Source of the DNA: Thermoplasmata archaeon
GTDB lineage: Archaea > Thermoplasmatota > Thermoplasmata > Halarchaeoplasmatales > Halarchaeoplasmataceae
DNA length: 64,000 nucleotides
Direction of reading: 5' to 3'
NCBI GenBank assembly: GCA_046498385.1
Contig: JAWOAU010000011.1
Coordinates: 4,315-68,314 of the forward strand
The position numbers were made by a program, and so were the translations under genes. Numbering within the stretch: position 1 is the stretch's first letter; each line of letters begins with the position of its first letter. The notes under the pieces are model-generated. The model was not told the DNA's origin. It saw only the letters and a program-made list of their open reading frames with translations, and searched no databases. This document shows, in pieces, positions 1-11,300 of this stretch.

Positions 1-3000
1 TCACGTAGAAACCTTGGAAATCGGCTTCATCATCTTCGTAGTTGTCCATCACCGTGTTGGTCACAACCCTGAACCGGATGTTGATAACGTTGCCTGAGAA
101 GTCCGATAGGTCAACGCTGAGCCTGTTGAGAGAGCTTGCGTATACCCAGTCCTCGCCTATATCTTCACCGTCGTAACCGCCGTCGTCTCCTCCGGAGACA
201 CCCCAAGATGCTCTTACTCCCAGATTGATGGCAACCCAAGTACGTCCACCGTTATCACTCACTTCCACCCTGAATCCCGGCGGAGGTTTGCCGTCCCTTG
301 AATTTATGTTGAATTTGAATTCCGCTTCAAGATCGGCGGTTTCGGCGTTCCGCAGGTCTATGGGATCGGTGATCAAACTGTTGTCGATACCTTCTTTGAA
401 CGAGTTCCACCATGCGATGGTCGGCTGCCCATCGCTGTCCATGGTGTTATTTAGCCACCATACATCATCGGAATCCATGGTCTCGTTCCACCAATCACCG
501 CTTCGGGTGGTGATGACGCTGGTATCGTCTATCCACCATCCGCCGGGTTTGACCCCGCCGCCGTACTGTTTGTAGTAGAACCGAATTCTGACGCTCTCCA
601 ATGCTTCATAGGAAATATCATATTCATCCTGTAGCACCCACAGTTCCCGCATTAGGTCGAGCTTAACGAACTCCCAATTCATGGTACCGCCGGCACTATT
701 GCCGCTCCAGCAGAAGTGGATATCCTGCCCGAAATCATCCAAATGAGGATCTACGCTGTCGGAATCCAACAGATTACCCGTATAGGGCCCTATATGCGGT
801 CTTATATATCGCCATAGGTAGTCGTTTTCCGGGTCATCTAGATCAGGTACACCGATCTCTATATAAGCCCCGTTTACACCCTGAATCAGCCTATACCTGT
901 GCCAGAAAGTGAGCCACGCTTCATCGGCGTTGGTTAAGTCGAAGACCGGTGTAACCGCCCACTTATCGAAGTTTTCTGGTTCATCCATTAGCTCGTAAGA
1001 ATCGTCATCATTCTGCAGTACGGGGATGTCCACGCTGGTGAGATTCTGGGGGCCTGATAGAGATGCGCCAATTTGTTCAAATATGTCATCAAGATCTGTC
1101 CCATCTTCAGAGTAGTGATACTCTGCTTTTGATGTATTGGCAATTCTCCACAGATTATACTCTACAGTACCGGATTCTATTGCTAAAGGATCTGATGGAT
1201 TGATATATACGTGATTGTTAGGATCATTCCAAAAGTTTCCTTCAGCTACCGGTCTAACGTTTGTAGTAACTGCATCCCAGTTAGGTATATCTTCATAGTG
1301 TTCTAATCCCAAACCAATTGTAAATATTGGAACAGAAGCTCCTAAAAGACCTTTCCGTGTTCCTCCAGTAGGATATACCCAACCCCAGTAGCCAGGCATC
1401 TCTTTGTAATCGTTGAGCTGATATTTTCCTATACGCTCAGAGTATGGTTCTTCGGGATAGTTTGGAGAATCCATGTTGTGCCATGGACTCCATTCTTCGC
1501 TATTTTGTTCAGCCCTATCGAAAGCTACGGGGCGTGGGTTATTTATTGCTGCAGTATCACTTGCCCGGAGGTCACATCCATCGGAAAGAACTACTACTGC
1601 GCGCTGTAATTCAGGTTCTATATCGGCGTATGTATGGACCACCTCCCAATAACCCAAACCTACCGCATCCCATAACGGGGTTTGACCGCCATCCCACCAT
1701 AGAGCGTTTTCTGTATTTAACTCATCTTCTAAAGATTCCCTGTGATCGGCTAACTTATGATATGCACGACCTTCAACAAGATGTACCGCAGGATTAGATC
1801 CACTTCCACCCATGAGTAACACTATGGATTCATTTGATAACTGATTTATTAGGGTAATAGCACCTTGTTGAGCAGCCATCAACCGTTTAATACCTGCGGG
1901 CGTGTCATGATCTTTCATTGAATCAGAACCGTCTATAACAATCGCGACGAACACATCCGCCTTTTGTGCAATATCCCCTTCCGGTTCATACATGAAGTAG
2001 CTGTAGGGATCGCTGAAAGAGTGGTCGCTCACCACCTCGACTCCCTCAGTATCGGACCAGTTACCTGCAACGTTGGTATCCAGATCTGTGTACTCCTCTC
2101 CCATGTAATCTATGGGGCTCTCTCCGCTTATGTAGGCCAGCTGTGCCTCGTGGGACCACTTGCCCGGCCCTTCCTGCATATCGTCCCAGAAGTAGTAAAC
2201 AGGGGTGGTGACGATGGCCTGGTTGTTGAAGCCCATAAGGTCATCGGTTTCCCGTTCTCCGGGTGGATTGGGTACCTCGGGTATCTCATGCAGTGGATCC
2301 ACGATCACCCTGAGATTCCTTTCGGGAGATGCGAACTCGGGGGTCCATCTTAGTTCAACGTCAGCGAAGCCGTTTGCAGGTATGTATGCCGATTCGGAGC
2401 CGAGATGGTTATCACCGTCTCTGAACCGTACCAAGGCTTCGGATTCAACGCCACCGAGGTTCTGTATTCTTGTGGTGATAAAGTAAGACCTACCGATGTT
2501 GGGGTTATCACTCTCTATATCTATATCAACATCGGACACACGCAGTTCGATCCTCTCATCGTAGTGACTGAACCAGTTGTTCACCATATACAAAAATTCA
2601 GCGTGCATGGTTTCCGGTGAATAATCGAATCCCAACAAATCGTACCATTGCTGATATTCCTCGTTTATAGGAGTCCTGAAATGCGATATGTCTACCGAGG
2701 AGAACACCAGGTTGTAGCCTGCCCCGGCTACTCGGTGACCGTAAGTACTATCCGATTCTTTCAATATGGGTACTCCGTCACCCACGGTCTCGTAGGCAAA
2801 GGCATCGTCGTAGGGTTGAAGGCGATAGTTTATCCCATGGCTCAATGGATCATCGAACACGCCTTTCAGTGCTTGAGGGGCTTGTTCTTCTGCATAAGAA
2901 GACCTATCTATGCATAGGAAGAATTCAAAGATCTCATCCATCATAGGATCACCAGAAAGTCCTTGTAGTGCACCATCTCCCATGAGAAGCAGATTCTGAG

Positions 3001-5362
3001 TTCCGGGATATTCCGTATATTCCATGATATCTACCATATCATTCCAACCTAATTCACCTTCTGTTCCCGTTGTCCATATCACCAGATTAAAATTCCTCAT
3101 GAAGTCCGGGGTCAAATCAAGGTCGGTAGCATTTCTTAGCATGTAGGCATAAGTCATATCACCATATGCATTTTCAATATTCTCCACGGAATAATCAGTA
3201 TCCGTTGTATCATCGACTATCAGTGTATGGAATCTTACATGGATAAATATGTCCTGATCCGTGTAGGTTATATCGTTGTTCTCCATATTGGCCTCGGGTA
3301 TACGTTGGTATGGATTCACCACTATCTTGAGTTCGTGGGTACCCACGGGTTCCGCCACCCAATCGAACTGTACAGTTATAGCGCTGTTTTTTGGTATTGC
3401 ATACTCCTTGAATTTTATCTCTTCATCGTTCATCACCAAAGCCACTTCGGTGTAGTTTTGGTCCAAATCACCGTTATTACGTACGGTGGCGGTCACTTCA
3501 ACAGTATCTCTGTAATTGGGCATAGGGTTATAGAATTCCTGACTAGTTACCGCAAGATCGGTCATCCTCTCTTCCGATAGTCCACCGAGCCATGTTATAA
3601 CCTTGTTCACAAGGTCCGACCGGTGACCTGTACCTGCCTCCATAATGCTGTCGATTTTTACGGACTGAAAAAAAGTCCTGTATCCCCCGGGCCCCGTGGT
3701 GTTGTACGCAATGGCAACAGTCTCATTGTTTGTGTTGTCCCTGAGTGCAGGTTTTCCTTGATCAACGGGTATGATGTAATGATCTGGCTGATAGTCCATG
3801 TGTACATTGAATGTTTCCGCCTGTAGGAATATTCCTTCATGGATACCATCAAGATCGCCCAGCGGTGCCATAGCGTCGTTTCCCCTATCTGAATGAAGGT
3901 ATGTTTCGAGGAAGTCGTGATTACTGATGTCATCTGCGATATTTTCACCTATCAACCATAATCTATGGTTCTTATCCAAAAATTCTTCCAACTCATCTTT
4001 ATCGTCTTCGATAAGCGTGTCCGTATTCGATCCGGTTACCCAGATGACGAGGTCGTAGGCGGACAGCTGTATTTCACCTACATCGTATGCAGGACCGCTA
4101 CCTCCAGAAGGTATGATAAAAGTGTCATGACTATAGCCTAATCCCATAAGGGTGTTTCTCATGGTCTGAGCGTCCTGGCTCAAGGTGCTGCTGGTTCGGG
4201 ATAAACCCTTGTCTACCAACAGTATGGTCTGTTGCACGTCTAAATGCTTGCTGCCGTATGCTACGTTGTCGTTGTAATGCGCCTCTACAGTTACGTTGTG
4301 CACCCCTGCAGGTCTTATCCTCCAATCAGCCATTACATCTCTTCCACCACCTGCGGGAACGGTTATGGTTTCCGTATGGACTATGCTCCACGTACCACCA
4401 GGGGAGGTGACATTGAATACGATATCGGCCATGGTTTGAGTACCCCCTCGGTTGTAAATGCCCGCACTTGCCGTTACCATCTCTCCACTGATGGGATATG
4501 CGGGGACGAACTCCATCCGCTGTTCGTCCACGCGAAGTTCAGCCTCATCGAGTTTTTCATCGGGCTCTCCTACGTTGAGTTCCAGATATGCAAAATCTCT
4601 GTTGTCACCTTCGTCGCACGCCCTTATATCCAATCTATAGGTGCCGTTTTCCAGGTCATCAGGGATTGTATGGCGCAAGTTGAAGCGGTAGACACGGTTA
4701 TCTAATCGGCTATGGCGGTACATATCTTTAACTTCGCCTCCGATAGGCTCTAGGTCTAGGGTTACATTTAGGTCTTCAAAGGGCGAATTCATGTCCATGA
4801 CCTCTACCCAGAAGGTAACTCTTTCATCAGGATATGCAAAATCATCCCCGACTATGGGATAATCTACGTCCACCGCTCTTATAATGGGAGCTAGTTCTTT
4901 AAATTCATCCCTTAGGTACATTTGGAATATGGTATGTGACCGGTACTGATCCAGCATTACCAGCTCTATCTTTTCCGCTATAGATAGTCTAACCTGTTCA
5001 GCGCCAGAGAATTCTAAGCGTGCGGTGGCGCCTATGGTCCACTCGGAATTTCCTCCGATGCTGGCACGTATATCGTCCTGTGATACACGTATCATATCTC
5101 GCCCTTCGTCGATAAAGAGCATCATCTCAAGGTCCTGTATCTCGATACTCTTTCCGCCCTCGTGTGATATATTCAGATAATAGGTGTCCAGTTCTTCCCA
5201 GGTTATGGATAATCTGCGGTGTTGTTGGGGTACGGGCGGTTCAAAATTTTGAACGCTGGCGAAGATGGCCGTAAAAAGCACTATCGTTATGCTTAGAGTG
5301 AGTATACTGCCCACTACCTCGGAAACACCTTCTTTGTCCAGCTTAAACCCTCTTCTTAACAT
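1..5362 (-). CDS. Giant acidic secreted protein, paralog of the next gene. It has an N-terminal archaeal type IV pilin-like (class III, PF07790-like) signal peptide. The C-terminal end runs off the window start, so the CDS is partial.
   Basis: The ORF track omits it because there is no in-window stop. Manual reverse translation from the ATG (reverse complement of 5360-5362) gives MLRRGFKLDKEGVSEVVGSILTLSITIVLFTAIFASV... and stays open to position 1. An SD-like GAAGGT lies 8 nt upstream. At positions 1-140 the nucleotide and protein sequences resemble the C-terminal end of the 5368..11994 ORF. Internal segments (..DKGLSRTSSTLSQDAQTMRNTLMGLGY.., CARDB-like NYGG blocks) parallel gene 2. Confidence 0.7.
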   Translation of the reverse strand, partial: MLRRGFKLDKEGVSEVVGSILTLSITIVLFTAIFASVQNFEPPVPQQHRRLSITWEELDTYYLNISHEGGKSIEIQDLEMMLFIDEGRDMIRVSQDDIRASIGGNSEWTIGATARLEFSGAEQVRLSIAEKIELVMLDQYRSHTIFQMYLRDEFKELAPIIRAVDVDYPIVGDDFAYPDERVTFWVEVMDMNSPFEDLNVTLDLEPIGGEVKDMYRHSRLDNRVYRFNLRHTIPDDLENGTYRLDIRACDEGDNRDFAYLELNVGEPDEKLDEAELRVDEQRMEFVPAYPISGEMVTASAGIYNRGGTQTMADIVFNVTSPGGTWSIVHTETITVPAGGGRDVMADWRIRPAGVHNVTVEAHYNDNVAYGSKHLDVQQTILLVDKGLSRTSSTLSQDAQTMRNTLMGLGYSHDTFIIPSGGSGPAYDVGEIQLSAYDLVIWVTGSNTDTLIEDDKDELEEFLDKNHRLWLIGENIADDISNHDFLETYLHSDRGNDAMAPLGDLDGIHEGIFLQAETFNVHMDYQPDHYIIPVDQGKPALRDNTNNETVAIAYNTTGPGGYRTFFQSVKIDSIMEAGTGHRSDLVNKVITWLGGLSEERMTDLAVTSQEFYNPMPNYRDTVEVTATVRNNGDLDQNYTEVALVMNDEEIKFKEYAIPKNSAITVQFDWVAEPVGTHELKIVVNPYQRIPEANMENNDITYTDQDIFIHVRFHTLIVDDTTDTDYSVENIENAYGDMTYAYMLRNATDLDLTPDFMRNFNLVIWTTGTEGELGWNDMVDIMEYTEYPGTQNLLLMGDGALQGLSGDPMMDEIFEFFLCIDRSSYAEEQAPQALKGVFDDPLSHGINYRLQPYDDAFAYETVGDGVPILKESDSTYGHRVAGAGYNLVFSSVDISHFRTPINEEYQQWYDLLGFDYSPETMHAEFLYMVNNWFSHYDERIELRVSDVDIDIESDNPNIGRSYFITTRIQNLGGVESEALVRFRDGDNHLGSESAYIPANGFADVELRWTPEFASPERNLRVIVDPLHEIPEVPNPPGERETDDLMGFNNQAIVTTPVYYFWDDMQEGPGKWSHEAQLAYISGESPIDYMGEEYTDLDTNVAGNWSDTEGVEVVSDHSFSDPYSYFMYEPEGDIAQKADVFVAIVIDGSDSMKDHDTPAGIKRLMAAQQGAITLINQLSNESIVLLMGGSGSNPAVHLVEGRAYHKLADHRESLEDELNTENALWWDGGQTPLWDAVGLGYWEVVHTYADIEPELQRAVVVLSDGCDLRASDTAAINNPRPVAFDRAEQNSEEWSPWHNMDSPNYPEEPYSERIGKYQLNDYKEMPGYWGWVYPTGGTRKGLLGASVPIFTIGLGLEHYEDIPNWDAVTTNVRPVAEGNFWNDPNNHVYINPSDPLAIESGTVEYNLWRIANTSKAEYHYSEDGTDLDDIFEQIGASLSGPQNLTSVDIPVLQNDDDSYELMDEPENFDKWAVTPVFDLTNADEAWLTFWHRYRLIQGVNGAYIEIGVPDLDDPENDYLWRYIRPHIGPYTGNLLDSDSVDPHLDDFGQDIHFCWSGNSAGGTMNWEFVKLDLMRELWVLQDEYDISYEALESVRIRFYYKQYGGGVKPGGWWIDDTSVITTRSGDWWNETMDSDDVWWLNNTMDSDGQPTIAWWNSFKEGIDNSLITDPIDLRNAETADLEAEFKFNINSRDGKPPPGFRVEVSDNGGRTWVAINLGVRASWGVSGGDDGGYDGEDIGEDWVYASSLNRLSVDLSDFSGNVINIRFRVVTNTVMDNYEDDEADFQGFYV

Positions 5363-5367
5363 GGATA

Positions 5368-8300
5368 TCAACCTTCTTCTATAGAGCTACCGCTCACGAT
5401 AACGTTATCAACGTAGAAACCGGCATCCTCCCCGGGATCATCGTAGTGATTGTAACTACCGGTGGTTGTGATCATCCTGAATCGTATGCGGATAACTTCA
5501 CCTCTGAAGTCAGATAGATCCGTCTCCAACCTAGCTAGAGACTCGGCAGAGGTCCATCCGTGACCTATGTCTGTTCCCTGATATCCATCACCGCCGCCGG
5601 AAACACCCCATGAAGTTCTAACACCCAAGTTGATGGCCTGCCACGTCCGTCCGCCGTCGGTGGTGATCTCCACCCGAAATCCGTCCGGTGGTGCGCCGGA
5701 TTGAATATTGAAATTGAACTTAAAGTACGCGCTAAGTGTTGCATTTCGTGCGTTTGTCAGGTCTATGGAGGTGGTTATCAAGCTGTTGTCTATTCCGCTC
5801 TTCAGGTAATCTCCGTCGGGATCGGTAGGATGAGCGTTGCGCCACGCGGTGGTCGGATTTCCGTCCCAACCGGTGACCTCTTCCGTTCTCCAGACGTCCC
5901 GATGAGAATCAGTCAGATCATTATCGCCTCTGCTCACCACCATCCGTACGTCATCCAGGTACCAACCGTAACCTGTACCACCACCGTACTGGGTGTAGTT
6001 GAACATTATCCTTACATCGTCCTCATAACCCTCGGGAACGTACCGCAGCACGTTTATCTGTACCCTGTCCCAGCCGAAGGCTCCCCCACCGCTGGTACCA
6101 CTCCACGCGAAGTTGATATCATTCCCGAAGCTGTCCGTTCTTGTAACATCCATGTCAAGATTACTGGTGTAGGCCCCTTCCGTTGGTATTGCGTAGGTCC
6201 ATGCGTAACCGTGTTCGTCCACCCAATCTGCATCGAGATCCTCATCGGCCATCACGCCTACCATCACGAAACCACCATTGGTACCGGTAACCATTCTGTA
6301 CTTCGAGCGGAAGACGAGTCCAGCTTGCTGGTAATCCTGGAGGCTGAAGGATGGTGTGATCGCGGTTTTGTTGGTATTTTGCTCTCCAGGTTCACCGGGG
6401 TCGAGGTCATCGGGATCCTCTCCCTCAGCAACAGTGGTGAATGACCATGTTGCGGATTCATTCGTCATTGTTCCATCAAATGCTATTGCATACCATGAGT
6501 ATTCAACTTCATATTCAAGACCGTACCATCTAACCCCCGGGGTTCTAGTTCCACTGGGAACATCAAGATCGAAACCGATCAAATTGTCGTTGGATGCATC
6601 AAAGAATGCCACATCCATTGCTTTATCATCCGGGTGGGACACATATACACTCAGACTCGGTGTTGTGCTAACTGATGTTGCCCCGTCGGTGGGGTTTGGG
6701 TTTGTAGGTGAATCCGGAGGGTTTATTGCGGAATCCGAATGGGTAAACCCTTCTATACGAGAATTGTGATCTTCATCACCCCATGAGAAATATGAATATG
6801 TTCGTGTCCACCAGTATCCGTCCCTCTGTGTATAGTAATAAACAGTCCATTCGTTATCACGTAAGCTAACAGCACCCAGTTGTTCTGTGGTGAATTCGGC
6901 TCTTTGATTCCATGCACCACTTCCAAATCTATCGTAAACCCTCACAACGATGGAATCGGTAGTTGAAATTGAACTGTAAGGAGGTGTCCATGTTGCAGAT
7001 TGAATACCCTCGCCGTTTGAACTGCGTGATACTTGAGCAACAGGAGTTCCCGTTGTTATCTCTTCCGTACCACCCATCTCGTCCCGGGCCCAAACTCTTA
7101 TGCCCCATGTAACTGCAACATTAGAATCGATATCGTCTCCAACCGTATCAAAATCCAACCCGGGGCCGTCGGATTCCAATCTATATGTATCCAAGCCGTT
7201 GACATCCCAGGTCGTTGTTTTCATATATCGTGTTTCCGTAGTCTGTGCCCAACTATTTCTTGAAGTATATTCAGTACCAGTATCGTAGATGGCTATATCG
7301 TTGTCGGGAATAGATGTAACATTACCGGCTTCCGCTGACTCCTGAACAACCTCACTGAATATCTGTTGGAATATGCCTCCGAGTTGATCTGAATCAGGGG
7401 CATAGAAGTAACTCCCGTTGGTTGACTTTGCTATCTGGATTAATTGATATTCGCTCGTGAACGGGTATTCGGATGCAAAGGGAGACATGTAACTGGCATC
7501 TCCTGAAGGCAGATACGCACTGGGTGATGTACCCAATGCAACCGTGTACGTTAACATCGGTGCATTCACAAGAGCCAAACGTTCTGTGGAACGACTACTT
7601 GATCTTCTGTATAGGAGTTCTATCCAATCCACACTACCGTCATCCCAACGTAGTACATCATTATTAGATCCACCTTGATCTCGGTAATCGAATGCATCAT
7701 CACCCCATTCGTGACCGCCATCAACTCCCCAGGTATGATCCAAAGGTCCAACCCCTCGAACGCATCCGGGGGCATAAATATTACTTCCTCTTTCCGGAGG
7801 ATCATCAGCAAAATGTTCATCATCACCGTCGGTGAATAGTATAGTCGCTTGAACATAGTCTTCATCAGGAATACCGGTTGGTCTTGGATTGTCAATCACA
7901 TGGTTCAAGGTATAACCTGATGCATCCCAAAGGGGCGTCCCCCCACTTGCTGTGAAATCGTCTACTCTGGATTTAAAGAAATCCTTGTTGTCGTCCGTCA
8001 TGTATCTGAAATCTTCCCATAGGAAGGAGCCATCATCTTTATGATAACTGTCCAAATTAAACAAAGCTACCCGATCGTTCTCATCGAACATGTCTATCAG
8101 ATCTTTGGTTGCTATTTTTGCATCCTCGATTTTATCCCCGGACATACTTCCCGTGGTATCTACCATAACGCCCATATCTATCGGTAACCTGCCGCCGCTT
8201 ATCTCTCCGCCGACGGACTCCTTGAGATGATACGAGTACGGGTCGCTGAAGGCGTATTCATCGGTATTATTGATACCCTCGGACATATCGTTGTCCCAAT

Positions 8301-11300
8301 CATCGATGATTTCGGTGTAAACCGAGTCGTACTCTCCACTGAGATATTCAAGGGGATGCTCTCCGTTGACGTTCATTATGGTGGCTTCGGTCTCCCAGTT
8401 ATCCGCCCCGCTCTCCATATCATCCCAGAAGTAGTAGACCGGCGTCTCTATGAGGGCGTGGTTGTTGAAGCCCATGGTATTGTCGCCGATCTCGTCCACG
8501 GTACAGCGGGGGTCCACCAGCACACGTACGGGACGTACCGGACCGGCGAACAGCGGTCTCCACATAACTTCCGCAGTCGCACTGCCCCCGGAAGGTATGT
8601 ACATGCTCTCAGAGGCGATGTGGGAGTCTCCGTCCTTGAAGCGGACCAGGGCATCGGAGGGACTGTGTCCTAAGTTCGTTATGGTAGCACTCAAAAGATA
8701 AGAACGGCCGAGCATGGGTTGTTGTTCCTCTACGCTTATGTCCACCGAGGATATCTTGAGTTCAACCCTCTCGTCAACGTTCCCTAGATGATCGGTGACC
8801 ATGTATGTTAACTCGGTTTGCACGGGTAAGGAATCCAAGTCGATGTCCTCCTGGAAATCGTCGTACCAATCATCCAGGTAGACAGGACCTGTAAGACGGG
8901 CAAGGTCCATACCCAGGAAGATCACCTTTGAATCCTCGTAATCGTTTCTCGCACCTATCAGGGCATCCTTCTCATCGTTGTGGTAAGTGTATGCGAATCC
9001 GTGGCCACCGTTCAATACAAAAGTAGTGTGGGATCCATCCTCACCGTCAACACTGTATTCCATACCATGACCCAGTTCGTCGTCTATCTCTCCTCTTATC
9101 TCGTGAGGTGCATTGGTAACATTTCCAATATCACCTAAATTTCCGCTTATACCCATCACATCGTCTATGAACCCTGAATCAACTTCCCTAATATGTTCAA
9201 GCACGTTATCGCCGCTCAAAAAGAAGCTAGTCCCTTCTTTTTTGTCAAGGAATTCCTTTATACTCTCGAGCACGTCTCCAGATATAGCCTCTTTTACTTC
9301 CCCTGCATCCCAGTACACTGTATTGTAGCGTTTCAGAGTTTCGTTTATGTCTATGGGATCCCCGTTTTCATCTTCTATGCTTTCATCTTGGTAAGTGTAA
9401 ATATTATGTGCGTACCCCAGTTCTTCCAAAGTGCTCTGGAGCGGCGTATCCTCTCCTTCGACCCGGGCATTCACCAGCATCACCGAGAAGCGCACGTTCA
9501 CCGTGTAGTCAACGTCGGTGTAGCGTATATCGTTGTTCTCCTGAGTTGTCTCTTCTACACGGTTGTAGGGATCAACGACTACCAGTATCTCATGCACGCC
9601 AACCGGTTCGGCCGTCCAGTAAAAGGTAACGTCCTTTGTCTCGCCCTCAGTTATGTTAACGTACTTTCTGTAGTCCTCTCCCCTGAGATAATTACCGTTA
9701 ACCTTGAGCCGTACTTCCACGTTCGTCATATTTTCCACACCGTTGTTGAGTATGGTCCCGGTTACGTTTACTTCTTGCTGATACATGGGATGTATCGGTC
9801 CGTAGACCCCGTCGAATTTCTGGTCGATCAGGGCAAGGTCGTTGCCGTGACGTTGGCTGATGTTTCCAAGCCATTCGAGTACCCTGCCGGCCATCAGTAA
9901 CCTGCTCCCGGGCTCCACGGACCTGAACATATAGGAGTTGAACATGGTCCTGTTTCTTCCGCCTTCCCAGCTAACACCCAGTCCACCTCCTCCGTCACCA
10001 TCTGTCATTGCAAGTGTCCCTTCATCTATTGCATCGATATATCCCCCTTTCCAGGTTCCGGTTGCGGGATAATGCTGTCCCTCGGTGAAAGGCGTGTCTA
10101 TACCGTATATCAGACTTTTAAAGGGTGCATCTGCATTTGCAATATCTATCTCTGCGTGCAGGTTATCTTGGAGCCAACCATCCCAACCATTTTCTTGAGC
10201 ATCGTTCAGGATACCTTCGCCTACGAGCCACAGGAATCCACCTTCTTCGATGAACTTCGCAAGATTCTCCCGGTCAGCTTCAGTGAGGGTTCTGCGCATC
10301 TCTATATTATCTCCTCCTAGGTCCCTCCTGGTCCTACCGGTCATCCATATGACTAGATCCTGTTCTTTCAGCGGAAACTCACCTTCATCCCAAAGGGGAG
10401 GTGAGTTTGTATATCTATAATCCTGATCTAGGCCGTCCAATGCCCCTTTCATCGCCCTTCCGTCGCTGCCATAGGTCTCTTGAGTATCGTCTACCAGTAG
10501 TATGATGGGACTTACGAACAATTCACTCCTGTCGATGTTCAAATCCGGACTGGCATCGCTACCGCCGGTTGAAAAGATGTCGTGCAGTTCGACGGTTATC
10601 TCATGTTCACCGCTGCCGTTCACCTGCCAGGTAACCTGTAAGTCCCTGCCACCTCCAGCGGCCACGTGGAGATGCTCTATGAAGCCTATATTTTCACCGT
10701 AGTCCAACTCATCATACACTTCGTGAGGCAGTCTATCGTAAAACGAAATGTTCATCCTGGCGGAGCTCCCGCCGTAGTTCTCTATGGTGGCCCGGACGGT
10801 AACGCTGTCTCTGTTCGTTGGATTCACAGGAATGAACTCCTGTATATTGACACGCAAGTCGGGCTCTTCACCTACGACTCCGGCCCGGCCCACGTTTAGC
10901 GTAATGTACTCAGACCGTGACCAGGCTACGCTATTGTTCATGGTCCCGTTAACCGCCAGCTCTCGAGATATATCTTCGTTTCCCGTATGTATGTATATCC
11001 GCAGCAAATACGTACCGTTATCCTGTTCTCTAGGCACCGTGAGGGACCCTGAATGGGGGTAAACGAACCGGTTACCTTGTCTGCTCATGTTGTACAGATT
11101 GGAACCCCATGCACCACCATCCTGGAATCCTTCTATACGTCCAAGGTCGACCATCACGTTATCTTTTATATCGTTCAAATCTCCGCCATCCCACTCTATA
11201 TTAGCGTAAAGAGAAACATCTTCTCCTGCATCGACGGCTACATGCCATGGTTGGGGGTACACCACGCCGGCTTCTTTAACATAGGGACGTTCGCCGAGGA

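Noticed and set aside
225-4705. Plus-strand ORFs of 60-153 aa (225..575, 1444..1797, 1964..2353, 3227..3580, 4244..4705 and others)
   Set aside because: They lie antisense inside the long uninterrupted minus-strand giant gene (1..5362). They are low-complexity shadow ORFs with no RBS or motifs.
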